From Octopus sinensis (taxonomy: Eukaryota): a stretch of DNA of 64,000 bases. The stretch covers positions 18,104,001 to 18,168,000 of the forward strand of contig NC_043005.1 in assembly GCF_006345805.1 (NCBI RefSeq), read 5' to 3'. Shown one piece after another: positions 25,156 to 38,352 of the stretch (position 1 is the stretch's first letter; each line of letters opens with the position of its first letter). A model generated the notes under the pieces. That model had not been told where the DNA came from, made no database searches, and worked only from the letters and a program-made list of their open reading frames with translations. Position numbers and translations under genes: made by a program.

Positions 25156-26332
25156 AGTACTGCACTGTATATCTTTTGAAATTATTTTTATAATTTGTAT
25201 ATACTTATTTTATTATAAATGCAAGATACCACCACAGAGGAATCGACGTAAGTTTAAATAATAAACTGTGATAAGCGATATGGCGAGAGATTGAGAGATT
25301 ACTGTGTACTGTTTGATAATTCCTTCATCAGTCTGCTAATCAAAAGGCGCAATAGCAGAATCAGGAGACCCTAGAATAAAATGCCTCGCAGTATTGATAT
25401 CGGCTCTCAGCTTCTTTGCCTCCCTTCTTTTTTTGTTTTTTGTTTTTGTTCTAATTGAATTAAATAAATTAGCATTTAAGTATTACTATCGATTTTAATC
25501 TCCCTCGTTCTTCTTCCTTCCTCTTAATCTTAATCTCTCCTTCTCGTTCGTATCTTGTAAGCTGAAGGTATCAGGCTAATTCAGCATGAGCACTGCATGA
25601 ACTCTTCGGCTGTCTGTGGAATACTCAGATGGTAATTTCATAGAGAGGAATCCAGTTATTCGAACAAGTGAACCAAGTGCTTTGTCGAGCCTGGATGAAG
25701 AATCTTCCAGATTACACGACGAAACGGGATAATCGTGGTTGAAACTTTCTTAATCGTAGGCTTTCCCAGCGAGAAAAGCTAATCTACAAGCAATACCTCT
25801 TATCTGGAAATCGAATGAATCAATCTCAGTATTTATTTCTATTAAGCCTGGTGCACATTATATCGGTCACTTTTTGCCAAACCGCTTAGTTACGGGGTAA
25901 ATAAACACACCAATAACGGTTGTGAAGCGGTGGTTGGGGCAAACACAAACACACACACACACACACAACACTGAATTCCTTTCAGATTTCGTCTACTTAA
26001 TCCACACACAAGGGTTTCATTGGTCTGAGGTTACAGAAGACCCTTGCTGAAGGTGTCACGCTATGGGACTGAAGCCTTAATCATATTGTTGGAAAGGAAG
26101 CTTCTAATTTCTTTATTGCCCAGAAGGGGCTACACACAGAGGGGACAAACAAGGACAGACAAACGGATTAAGTCGATTACATCGACCCCAGTGCGTAACT
26201 GGTACTTATTTAATCGACCCCTAAATGGATGAAAGGCAAAGTCGACCTCGGCGGTTGAACTCAGAACGTAAAGACAGACGAAATACCTATTAAACAGACA
26301 GACAATCACATTCATACATACATACATATATA

Positions 26333-26374
<42 letters not shown>

Positions 26375-26376
<2 letters not shown>

Positions 26377-26543
26377 GAATATATACGACGGGCGTCTTTT
26401 AGCTTCCGTCTAACAAATCAACTCACAAGGATTTGCTCGGCCCGAGGCTATAGTAGAAGACACTTGCATAAGGTGCCTCGCAATGGGACTGAACCCAGAA
26501 TCATGTGGTTAGTATGCAAGCTACTTACCACACAGCCACTCCT

Positions 26544-26548
<5 letters not shown>
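26375..26548 (-). mobile_element. Same SINE, left half (an older copy lies at ~25830-26100)
   Basis: Shared core. Confidence 0.8.
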
Positions 26549-26595
<47 letters not shown>

Positions 26596-26916
26596 GTATG
26601 TATGTTTGTTTGTATGTTATAGCAACAACAACAACAGCAACAATAGTAATAATAATGGTCTCAAATTTTGCCACAAGGTCATCATTTTTGGGGGATGGGA
26701 TCTGTCGATTACATTGACTCCAGTGAACATCTGGTACTTATTTTATCGACCCCGAAAGGATGAAAAGTAAAGTCGACCTCGGCAATATTCTGCCAGCTCG
26801 ACTCCTTAATAATAATCCTTTCTACTATAAGAAAAATAAGATGTGTCACCTTAGTTTACTGGTAGTGAACAGCTGACACTGTAGTACATCTGCAGCTGTA
26901 GAAGGTGTGCAAAGGC

Positions 26917-26975
<59 letters not shown>

Positions 26976-27026
26976 TAATAATAATAATAATAATAATAAT
27001 GATAATAATGATAATAATAATAATAA

Positions 27027-27095
<69 letters not shown>

Positions 27096-27285
27096 CCTTT
27101 CTACTGGAAGCACAAGGCCTAAAATTTGGGGGAAGGGATTAAGTCAATTGCATCAACTCCAGTGTGTAACTGGTACTTATTTAATTGATCCCGAAAGGAA
27201 GAAAGGCAAAGTCGACCTCGGCGGAATTTGAACTCAGAACGTAAGGACAGACGAAATGACGCTAATCATTTTGCCCAGCGTGCTA

Positions 27286-27359
<74 letters not shown>

Positions 27360-27360
27360 T

Positions 27361-27650
27361 AAGGAAAGTTGGGAGGCATGAGGAAAGCAATGGTGATACT
27401 GGTGGTAATTGGAGTATTAGGAGCAGTTTCCATGGGCTTTGAAAAGCATATTAAGAATATTGGTGTTGCTGTGACGCTCGAGATGATCCAGAAGAGAGCA
27501 TTGTTGGATACAGATCGCATTCTAAGGAGAATATATTGTCTCTTTGAATCAGAGGAGAAGGCACTACTTGAAACCTTTCGTGATTTGTTATTGCCTGCTT
27601 CCAAGTAAAGAAGAACCGGTAATTAAGAACTATCCGAGAGTCTTTCATAC
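27361..27650 (+). mobile_element. Short 3' fragment of R4/Dong-like LINE
   Basis: W.MRKAMVILVVIGVLGAVS...EMIQKRALLDTDRILRR; begins right after an (AAT)n run. Confidence 0.75.
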
Positions 27651-27681
27651 TACTAGTAGTAGTGATGATGATGATGATGAT

Positions 27682-27716
<35 letters not shown>

Positions 27717-27823
27717 AATATAATAATAATGGAATGATGATGATGATGAGATGATGATGATGATGATGATGATGATAATAATAATAAAAATAATATAATA
27801 TAATAATAATAATAAAAATAATA

Positions 27824-27924
27824 ACACAACAAAAAATCTGTTTTCACTATTTAAGGAAGCTGACATATACAACGAAAATCATACTACCTAACAATATGGA
27901 GAAGAAGAAGGGGAAGACGAGAAG

Positions 27925-27956
<32 letters not shown>

Positions 27957-30025
27957 GGAGAAGAAGAAGAAAAAGAAAAAGAAGTAGAAGAGGAAGAAGA
28001 AGAAGAAAAAGAAAAAGAGTAGGAGAAGAAGAAGAAGAGAAGAAAGAAGAATGGAGAAGAAGAAGAAGAAGAAAGAATAGGAGAGGAAGAGAAGAAGAAG
28101 AAAAAGAAAAAGAATAGGAGAAGAAGAAGAAGAAGAAGAAAAAAGAAGTAGGAGAAGAAGAAGAAGAAGAAAAGAAGAAGAATAGGGAGAAGAAGAAGAA
28201 GAAAAGACAAAGAAAAAGAAGGAGGAGAAGAAGAAAAGAAGAAAAAAGAAAAGAAGTAGGGAGAAGAAGAAGAAGAAGAAAAAAAGAAGAGAGAGGAGGA
28301 AAATAAGAGAAGAAAGAAGAAGTAGGAGAAGAGGAAGAAGAAAGAAGAAAAGAAGTAGAAAAGAAGAGAAAAGAAAAGTAGGAGAGAGGAAGGAGAAGAA
28401 GAAGAAGAAGAAGTAGGAAAGAAGAGAAGAGGGAGAAAAAAAGAGTAGGAAAGAAGAAACGAAGAAGAAAAAGAAAAAGAAGTAGAGAAGAAGAAGAAAA
28501 AAGAAAAAAAGTAGGAGAAGAAGAAGAAGAGAAAGAAGAAGTAGGAGAAGAAGAAGAAGAAAAAGAAAAAGAAGTAGAAGAAGAAGAAGAGAAAAAAGAA
28601 AAGACGTAAGAAGAAAAGAAGAAGAAGAAAAAGAAAAAGAAATAGGAGAAGAAGAAGAAGAAAAAAAGAAGTAGGAGAAGAGAAGAAGAAGAAGAAAAAG
28701 AAAAGAAGTAGGAAGAGAGAAGAAGAAAAAGAAAAAAAGAAGAAATAGGAAAGAGAAGAAGAAGAGAAAAGAAGTAGGAGAAGAAAAGAAGAAGAAAAGA
28801 AGAGAAGAAGTAGGAGAAGAAGAAGAAGAGAAAAAAAAAGTAGGAGAAGAAGAAAGAAGAAGAAGAAAAAGAAAAGAAGGAGGAAAGAAGAAGAAGAAGA
28901 AGAAGAAAAAAGAAGTAGGAGAAGACGAAGAAGAAGAAGAGAAAAGAAGTAGGAGAAGAAAGAAGCGAAGAAGAAGAAAAGAAGAAAAGAAGTAGGAGAA
29001 GAGAAGAAGGAGAAGAAGAAAAAGAAAAAGAAGTAGGAGAGCAGAAGAAGAAGAAGAAGAATGAAGAGAAGAAGAAGAAGAAGAAGAAGAAGAAGAAGAA
29101 AATAAACAACAACAAAAGCTATAAAACTAATGAAATCTAAACTAAAACTAGTACAGCAACGGTCCATGATAAAACGATGGCAAGAAAAGCCCCTTCATGG
29201 CAAATACTGGGCTAAACTAAATGCAAAAGAAATAGACAGTAAAATCCCAGCAATGATTGAGAAGCTCAGGACTCAAAGCAGAGACTGAAGGATTTTTAGT
29301 TGCAGCGCAAGACCAAAGCCTCCCCACAAGAAATTACCCAAAACATATTATAAAAAGAAACATAACAAGTAACTGCAGAATATGTTGAGGTGGACAAGAA
29401 ACAATAATTCATATTATCTCTGGCTGCCCAGTCCTGGCTAAGAAGGATACGACAGAATTGAGACCTACATACACTGGAAGCTATGCCAACACTATGGAAT
29501 AACAACAGAAAAAGATGGTATAGGCACACGCCAGAAAAGGCCACAGAAAACGAGAAAGCAACCATACTCTGAGATATGCCAATACACACAGATAGAGAAA
29601 TTAAGGCCAATAGGCCAGATATATTTGTCAGAGATCATGAACAAAAAAATGCTTTCTTATTGATGCATCAATACCAGCAGATGACAATGTTTCTCTAAAA
29701 GAAATAGAGAAACTTTCAAAATACAAAGACATGGAAATAGAGGTAACTCGAATGTGGAATCTAGAAACAGAAACAATTCCTATCTTAGTAGGCGCATTAG
29801 GTATGATAAAAAAATATTCAGACAAATACATAACAAAAACACCAGGACATACAAATATATATAACATACAGAAAATTGCACTACTGGGCACTGCACACAT
29901 CCTACGCAAAACACTTTCAATACAGTTACCATAAGAGCATCACAGCAAGCCACAGCACATACACAAGGCTCACAGAGCTGCGCTCGGTAGTGAAGTGAAT
30001 GCACGCTATAAAAATAAAACTACTG
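27824..30025 (+). mobile_element. R4/Dong-like LINE fragment interrupted by a 1.2-kb GAA-rich expansion
   Basis: NLFSLFKEADIY at 27830-27870, then TKAIKLMKSKLKLVQQRSMIKRWQEKPLHGKYW from ~29110, CRIC..H..SGCP knuckle, KANRPDI/IDASIP RLE, 3' UTR ending CTACTG|AATAA. Confidence 0.88.
27897..29100 (+). repeat. ~1.2-kb almost pure purine (GAA)n-derived tract with recurrent GTAGGAGAAG
   Basis: Direct reading. Confidence 0.95.
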
Positions 30026-30031
30026 AATAAC

Positions 30032-30081
<50 letters not shown>

Positions 30082-30099
30082 TAATAATAATAATAATAA

Positions 30100-30494
30100 C
30101 CTTAACCTTAACATGTCCCTTAGTGGCTGACGATATGTGCATCTCTGATCACGAGCAGAAGTAGTGGGGAGCATGATAGCCATGTGTTTGAGAGGATTCT
30201 TTGGGTTTGAATAATTGCCTCTGGAAACATGGGTGGTTCTTTCACACTCCTTAAACAACCCTTATTCAGGGACCTTTTGAGCGGGATGCTACTCACCCTA
30301 AGAAAATTCTAACTGGGCCCCACCTGCAAGGTCATGTGCTGTTTATCTTGATATGAGATCACCATGTCGCACACATATGGTTGTGATGCATGTGCCTGGT
30401 GTACCTTTATCAGACGGGTAGTCATGATGGGTATATTGGGCTTCGTATATTTTACCCCAGTGTCACTTTGATGGCATGAACTGCTCTCTCACTC
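30100..30494 (+). mobile_element. ~590-bp element, 5'-truncated
   Basis: Same 3' end CTCTCTCACTC|AATAAT; TAA on both sides. Confidence 0.85.
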
Positions 30495-30527
<33 letters not shown>

Positions 30528-31193
30528 TCTTTCTACTCTAAGCACAACGCCAGCAATTTTGGAGGAAAGGAATAAAATGCCGCTAACGAATGTAATCTGA
30601 AGAATTACGCCATATGTGTGAGTATAGATATATATATGTGTGTGAATATATAGATCTGCAATATGGAATGTGTACACACACGCATACACACACACACACT
30701 CACACACACACACCGATAGATAGGTAGATAAATAGATAGACACAGAAACGCATTTATATATACATATACATAGATATATTCATTTTAGGTTATTCATAAA
30801 TTATTAGAGTACTGCATATGAGACAACGAAGTATGGTTAAACAATAAACTAAAATCATTAATATTTCACAATCCACTGCACCACTGCAGTTCTTAAAACA
30901 AATATTCGAACTGCTGCAGGTGTGGCGACATGTTCTTTCGACCGGTTTCAGCCAAACCCCCATCGAATCACACGCTGTTAGAGTGAAAAGAAAGGGAATA
31001 AAATATTGCATAATGTAAATTTAGATAGATTATATACAATATTTCTGAAATAACACAAAACAATGGAATAAACAGGTCGGAAGGCCTTGACTGTAAAACA
31101 ATTGCTCATATCAATGCCGCATTAGAGTTTAATTCTGCCAGGCCTCCGCCTTAGTAGAGATTAATTTTCATTTCTTTTAATAGGAAGAAGGAC

Positions 31194-31442
31194 TAAACAA
31201 CCCTTATTCAAGGACCTTTTGTGCAGGATGGGCTACTCGACCTGAAGAAAATTGTAACTGGGTCCCACCTGCAAGTATATAATGCTCTGTTTATTTTGAT
31301 AGGAGATCACCATGTCGCGCACATATGGTTGTGTTGCATGTGTCTGATGTAACCTTATCAGACGAGTTGTCATGATAGATATACTGAACTTTGTGTGTTT
31401 TACCCCAGTGTCATTTTGATGACATGCACTGCCCTCTCACTC
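31194..31442 (+). mobile_element. ~590-bp element, 5'-truncated
   Basis: Same 3' end followed by TAA. Confidence 0.8.
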
Positions 31443-31529
31443 AATAATAACAATAATAACAATAATAATAATAATAATATTAATAATAATAATAATAATA
31501 ATGATAATAATAATAATAATAATAATATA

Positions 31530-31579
<50 letters not shown>

Positions 31580-31582
<3 letters not shown>

Positions 31583-32032
31583 GCCCTGATGCAGAACCAG
31601 ACAGTGGCTTGCCCTGATGCAGTACCAGACAGTGGCTCTCATGGCTTCTGAATGCCCTGATGCAGTACCAGACAGTGGCTCTCATGGAAGTGTTATCGTG
31701 TACATTGTTTTGTCTTGGTAAAAAAGATGGGCTACAGCAAATTTTCTGCTCAATATCACAGATTTGCTTGTCAGTGGTTTGACCTTAACCAGTTGAGCAT
31801 GTCCCTTAGTGACTGACGATATGCGCATCTCTGATCATGAGCAGAAGTAGTGTGGGGGGGGCATCATAGCCGTGTGTTGAAAGGAATTCTTGGAGGTTTG
31901 GATAATTCACCTTTGGAAACATGGGTGGTTCGTTCAACATCCTTAAACAATCCTTATTCAGGGGCCTTTTGAGCGGGATGGGCTACTCGACCAGAAGAAA
32001 ATTCTAACTGCAAAGTCATGTGCTGTTTATCT
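31580..32032 (+). mobile_element. ~590-bp element with triplicated 5' end, 3' end missing
   Basis: TGCCCTGATGCAG(T/A)ACCAGACAGTGGCT at 31582, 31610 and 31653. Confidence 0.85.
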
Positions 32033-32071
32033 AGTCCCCTCTATGTTTAGCACTCTGTGGATAATAAATAA

Positions 32072-32132
<61 letters not shown>

Positions 32133-32873
32133 GAAACAGTTTAACGTTAAACTGAAGGATTAATCTATATTTGTAGAGTATATATTTATATTAGTTTTTA
32201 CACAGTGACTTCTGGCTGCCCGATGAAGGCTAATAAACCTCTATAAGTGGTCGAGATGAAACCTCAATATGATTGAGCGACTTGCTATAAATTGCAGTCT
32301 AACCTTAATTCCATCACATTCTACCATTTTAAAAACAGAAACTATACATTGGATAATATTGTCCTAGATACGAACGGAAGCATTACATCTGAATAAAAGA
32401 GGAATGGCCCTTGTCGGAACGCCGCTGAGTATACGTTTACCCAATTACGACGACCCAGAGGCTAAGCAACACCAGCAACAGCAACAGCAACAGCAGTGGA
32501 GGCGCAATGACCCAGTGGTTAGGGCAGCGGATAAGCGGTTTCGATTCCCAGACAGGGCATTGTGAGTGTTTATTGAGCAAAAACACCTAAGCTCCACGTG
32601 GCTCCGGCGGAGTAAAAGCCCGCTGAACTCTTTCACAAAACTTCTCTTACTCATTCTTCCTACTTCTGCCACAAAGCAGAGGAACCAGGGTGTAACCCAC
32701 TAGTCTGGGGATAAACTTTCAGACCCTAGTCTAGATTGCGAATCCTCTGTACCCCAGGATGGTTCAGCTCTCCACCCGTTAAAAGCCACGTTTACGGTGG
32801 GTGGCTCTTCAAGTTGCCACACGCATTCTTAGTAGCTTAGAGTAGGCTCGAATTAGAGATTATTCTTTGTGGC

Positions 32874-32904
<31 letters not shown>

Positions 32905-33467
32905 AAGGAGGAGGAGAAGAAGAAGAAGGAGAAGAAGAAGAAGAAGAAGGAGAAGAAGAGAAGAAGAAAGAAGAGAAGAAGAAGAAGAAGAAGAAGAAGA
33001 AGAAGAAGAAGAAGAAGAAGAAGAAGAAGAAGAAGAAGAAGAAGAAGAACACCAACCACAGATTATAGCTTTGCCTTTTGACGTAGATTAAAAGATAACA
33101 ACTAAAAATGCGTATATATATATATTCGCTTTCTAATTTCAAGTTAATTGAATTGGAAAACAAAATGTAATAGCTGCTAAGAGCTAAACGAACTTGTGAT
33201 GCAGACTTCGTTCACTGTACTTCATATCCTACATACGCAAAAGCATCTTAAGTCCCCGAAAGGGCCGTGTATACGGTCGCTCGATCTACTAGGAGTAGCT
33301 ACCACGTATTCCACTCAACTCATTTTGCAGGCGTAAATGTGTGAGGCAACGTGAGATTATATTGATACGGTTCAGAATTGTCAGTTGTCATCTTGATCCT
33401 GGATTTTCTTAGATTTCCTCATTCAATGCTGATAAGGATGAGGACGGGCTGGAATACTACAGCAATG

Positions 33468-33517
<50 letters not shown>

Positions 33518-33608
33518 CACCACAACCACCACCACTACAACCACCACGACCACCTTCACTACTACCACCTTCACTACTACTACCACCATCACCACCACTA
33601 CCACCACC

Positions 33609-33680
<72 letters not shown>

Positions 33681-33840
33681 ACTACTACTACTACTACTGC
33701 TGTTGCTACTACTACTACTACTACTGCTGCTGCTGCTACTACTACTACAACTACTACTACTACTACTGCTACTACTACTACTACTACTACTACTACTGCT
33801 GCTGCTACTACTACTACTACTACTGCTGCTACTACTACTA

Positions 33841-33878
<38 letters not shown>

Positions 33879-33895
33879 TTACTACTACTACTACT
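33468..33895 (+). repeat. Compound ACT/ACC/GCT trinucleotide array
   Basis: Direct reading. Confidence 0.9.
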
Positions 33896-34849
33896 CTCAG
33901 GCCACAGACTTGAAGTGGCAATGGAACCAGCTTACAGTTCTGTGTTAGAAAGATAAAGTCAAAGAGAGAAGAGCAGAATTGACTGCGTCGCAGATAGATC
34001 TTTCCAGTACGTATTTTATCGACTTACTGATGGATGAACTCACAAATTAGAAGACCCTAGGGCGGCGATGGCGGCGGCGGCGGCGGGGGTAGTTTTCAAT
34101 CTTAGAAATGAAACAATTGAAGAATAGTTACTGTTATAGTATAATATAATTTAGATCGGCGTTCCATTGTCTCGGCTTTGCGAATCAATAGCAAGTAAAG
34201 CTGGCTAAATCTAGTTTCAAAACCATGCTTCTCCTCTGATAATTGCGCTCTCTCTGTATAACGGTGACAGCTCATTACACAGGAGAAAGGAGATGGAGGA
34301 GGAGGGATGGGGGAGGGGTGTGGAGGACGATGACAAGGGAAATGAACCGGTGGTGGTGGTTGGTGGCGGTGGTGGTTGGTGGTGGTGGTGGTGGTTGAGG
34401 ATGATGTGAGGAGGAGAGAAGGAGAGAAAGGTGAAGAAGACAAGAGATGTATATATTTAGCTAATAGAAAGCAAAACGAATCCTAAATGAACACAAAATG
34501 AGAATTATGCGGGGGTGGTGCTGGGGGGATCAAGAGTAATAAAAAAACACATACACGTACACAGACAGAAACGCACGCACATTCATACACACATTTACAC
34601 ACGCATATATGCCGGCATACTTTCATACGTCTCTCTCACACACATACACAGTCTCGCATACACGCTAACACGCTAAGGTGTCAAAATCTGTAGTATTATA
34701 TAGACACATGCACCCTCACATCTATACGCATACATGTATGTATATATATATAGGTAATGTGATATACATATGTACATGTGTATATGTGTGTCTGTATCTG
34801 TCTGCTGTATGTGTGTGTGTATATATATATATATATATGAATATGTGTA

Positions 34850-34899
<50 letters not shown>

Positions 34900-34903
<4 letters not shown>

Positions 34904-35074
34904 TAAGGGCTCCTAAATAAAGATGCCGAGTGCTTGGAACACAAAAAGGGAATGAATTTATCGAGAGTGAAAATCAAAAACGTTTACCGATACGTTTTTG
35001 ATTTTCACTCTCGATAAATTCATCCCTTTTTGTGTTCCCAGCACTCGGCATCTTTATTTAGGAGCCCTTAATTG
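34900..35074. mobile_element. Near-perfect foldback element
   Basis: ~84-bp arms with 2 differences, 8-nt loop TTACCGAT; ends TA|CAATTAAGGG...CCCTTAATTG|TA. Confidence 0.85.
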
Positions 35075-35204
35075 TATAACTACATGAATAATATTTTTCT
35101 ATATGAATAATATTTTTGTCTTATGACTAATTCGTCTTTTGTGCTGGGCACCTGGTAGTAAATAATATTACTACCCTTCTTGTTTATATATATATATATA
35201 TATA

Positions 35205-35411
35205 TTGTTATATTTCGGAATGGTCATATTGCCAGTTTAGCCAATAAAAACACACGCACTATATATTGGTGTTATTTTGCTTCAGTGATATTTATTTTTT
35301 ACATTAATCTTAATCTTATTTCGGCCAAAGTTCTTTCGTCACACTCCTGTGACCGCATCAGTGGTCCTTTGTTTTCTAAACTGGCAATATGACCATTCCG
35401 AAATATAACAA
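35205..35411. mobile_element. TA-flanked MITE
   Basis: Perfect 39-bp inverted repeat 35202-35240 / 35376-35414. Confidence 0.85.
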
Positions 35412-35467
35412 TATCTGTTTCAACACACGACTTCACATAAAAAATCTTGCACAACAAATATTTAAAC

Positions 35468-35510
<43 letters not shown>

Positions 35511-35549
35511 TATATATATATATATATATGTACACACCACACACACACA

Positions 35550-35597
<48 letters not shown>

Positions 35598-35780
35598 GTA
35601 TATATAAATCATGAATTTTGTTACAATACAATATTATTGTATTCAATACAATAGAATTATTTTCAGGTGAAATAAAGCACCGTAAAGGTAGAATTTATAA
35701 ACAGGAAATAGTGGCACAACATGGTACCAATTTTTGCTGGAAATAGCAGACGATAACCGTTCGACTGAATGAATTTTTTT

Positions 35781-36333
35781 CTACTGTAGGCACAAGGCTC
35801 GAAACATTTGGCGAGGAGGTCAGTCGATTAGATCGACCCCAGTACGCAACAGGTACTTAATTTATCGACCTCGAAAGGATGAAAGGCAAAGTCGACCTCT
35901 GCGGAATTTGAACTCAGATCGTAAAGACAGGTGAAATACCTATTTCTTTACTACCCACAAAGGGCTAAACACAGAGAGGACAAACAAGTACAGACAAACG
36001 GATTAAGTCGATTATATCGATCCCAGTGCGTAACTTGTACGTATTTAATCGACCTCGGAAAGATGAAAGGCAAAGTGGACCGAGTTATTTGAACTAAGAA
36101 CGTAGCGGCAGACGAAATACCTATTTCTTTACTACCCACAAAGGGCTAAACACAGAAAGGACAAACAAGGACAGACAAACGGATTAAGTCGATTATATCG
36201 ACCCCAGTGCTTAACTGGTACTTACTTTATCGACCCCGAAAGGATGAAAGGCAAAGTCGACCTCGGCGGAATTTGAACTCAGAACGTAACCGCAGACGAA
36301 ATACCGCTGAGTATTTCGCCCGGCGTGCTAACG
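35781..36333 (-). mobile_element. Head-to-tail trimer of third-family SINE
   Basis: Head + unit B + unit B + unit A; junctions AAAGAAATAG|GTATTTC. Confidence 0.85.
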
Positions 36334-36420
<87 letters not shown>

Positions 36421-36595
36421 GTCTGTCTTTCTGTCTGTCTACCTATCTCTCTATCTATCTGTCTATTTATGTATGCATGTATGCATGTACGTATGTATGT
36501 ATGTATGTATCTATCTATCTGTCTGACTGTCTGTCTATCTATCTATTTGCCTGATTGCATGTCTGTCTGTGTGTCTGTGTGTCTGTGTGTCTGTG

Positions 36596-36634
<39 letters not shown>

Positions 36635-36712
36635 ATATATATATATCTGTTTATGCATGTATATATGTATGTATGCGTGTAAGTATATATGTATGTATGT
36701 ATGCATCAATCA

Positions 36713-36743
<31 letters not shown>

Positions 36744-36744
36744 A

Positions 36745-36787
<43 letters not shown>

Positions 36788-37267
36788 AATCTATCTATCT
36801 ATCTGTTGTCTGTCTGTCTGTCTCTCTGCCTCTCTATCCATTATCATCAAAATCAGCATCATCATCGTCATCGTCATCCTCCTCCTCCTCCTCATCATCA
36901 TCATCAATAATACAATATTATAAATTTAGTCTCGTAACAGCCATTTCACGTTACCGAATGGATTCATGTTGAAGAACCTACCAGACGGTCTAAGAGCAAA
37001 TTTGCAGTCATCGGACATGTCCGGCTTCGCTAAAGACATCGAATGACACCGAAATAGTCCTGTTAATTTTACCAATTAATTTTAAAAACAGCATATTCTT
37101 CCAGCCATGTCGTTTGTATTATGAAATACATTTCAGATAGTAAATAGTATTGGAGGTAACTTTTGCCTAATCATTACATGGATAATATCAATTAATTGAA
37201 ATTATTAAGTTTACTAAATTGTATCAGTAAGATCCTTCTGGATATACAAACAGATATGTATACACTT

Positions 37268-38352
37268 GGCCACACACACACACACACACGTACGCACACA
37301 TGCTCACAAACATACACAACACACACGTACGCACATATACCCGCACACATACAACACACACACACACGTACGCACATATACTCACACACACGCACAAAAT
37401 ACTACACACACGTACGCACACATACTCACAAACACTCACAACACACACACACACACGTAGTCACTAACACACACTACGCACACACACAAAGACGTACGCA
37501 CATAAGCTCACAAACACACACAACACACACGTACACACAAATATTCGCACACACACACGTACGCACATATACTCACACACACACACAAAATACAACACAT
37601 ACGTACGCATACATACTCACAAACACTCACAACACACACACACACGTAGTCACTAACACACACTACGCACACACACGTACGCACACATACTCACACACAC
37701 TCACAACACACACACACGTACGCACACAAACTCACACACACGCACAACACACACACATATTCACATACACAGCACACGCACATACGCACACATTCTCTCT
37801 CACACACACGTACGTACACATACAAACACACAAAATACACACACACACGTACGCACACATACTCACACACACACACAACACGCACACATACGCACGCATA
37901 CTCACACAACACACACACGTATGCACATATACTCACACACACGCACAACACACCCACATACGCACACATACTCACGCAACACACACATACGCACACATAC
38001 TCTCATACACAACACACACACATTCTCTCTCACACACACGTACGTACACATACTCACAAACACAAAAAAATACACACATACACGTACGCACACATACTCA
38101 CAAACACACAAAATACACACACACACGCACAACACACACACACACACACACATACGCACACATTCTCACACAACACACACACACGTATGCACACATACTC
38201 ACAAACACAATATACACACACAACACACGCGTACGCACACATACTCACACACACGCACAACACGCACACATTCTCACACAACACACAAAATACACACACA
38301 CACACGTACGCACACATTCTCACACAACACACACACACGTACGCACACATAC
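37268..38352 (+). repeat. Degenerate CA-rich minisatellite with recurring CACGTACGCACACATACTCAC; second block 39643-39990
   Basis: Direct reading. Confidence 0.9.

Noticed and set aside
27847-29167. 422/427-aa minus-strand F/L/S ORFs
   Set aside because: Translation of the (TTC)n strand, which cannot contain stops; not a gene
32677-32757. Possible HDV-like ribozyme (crossing helices CAGAGGA/TCCTCTG and CTGGGG/CCCCAG)
   Set aside because: Only 2 nt between the 3' strands, no room for P1.1/P4/J4-2, and no L3 consensus
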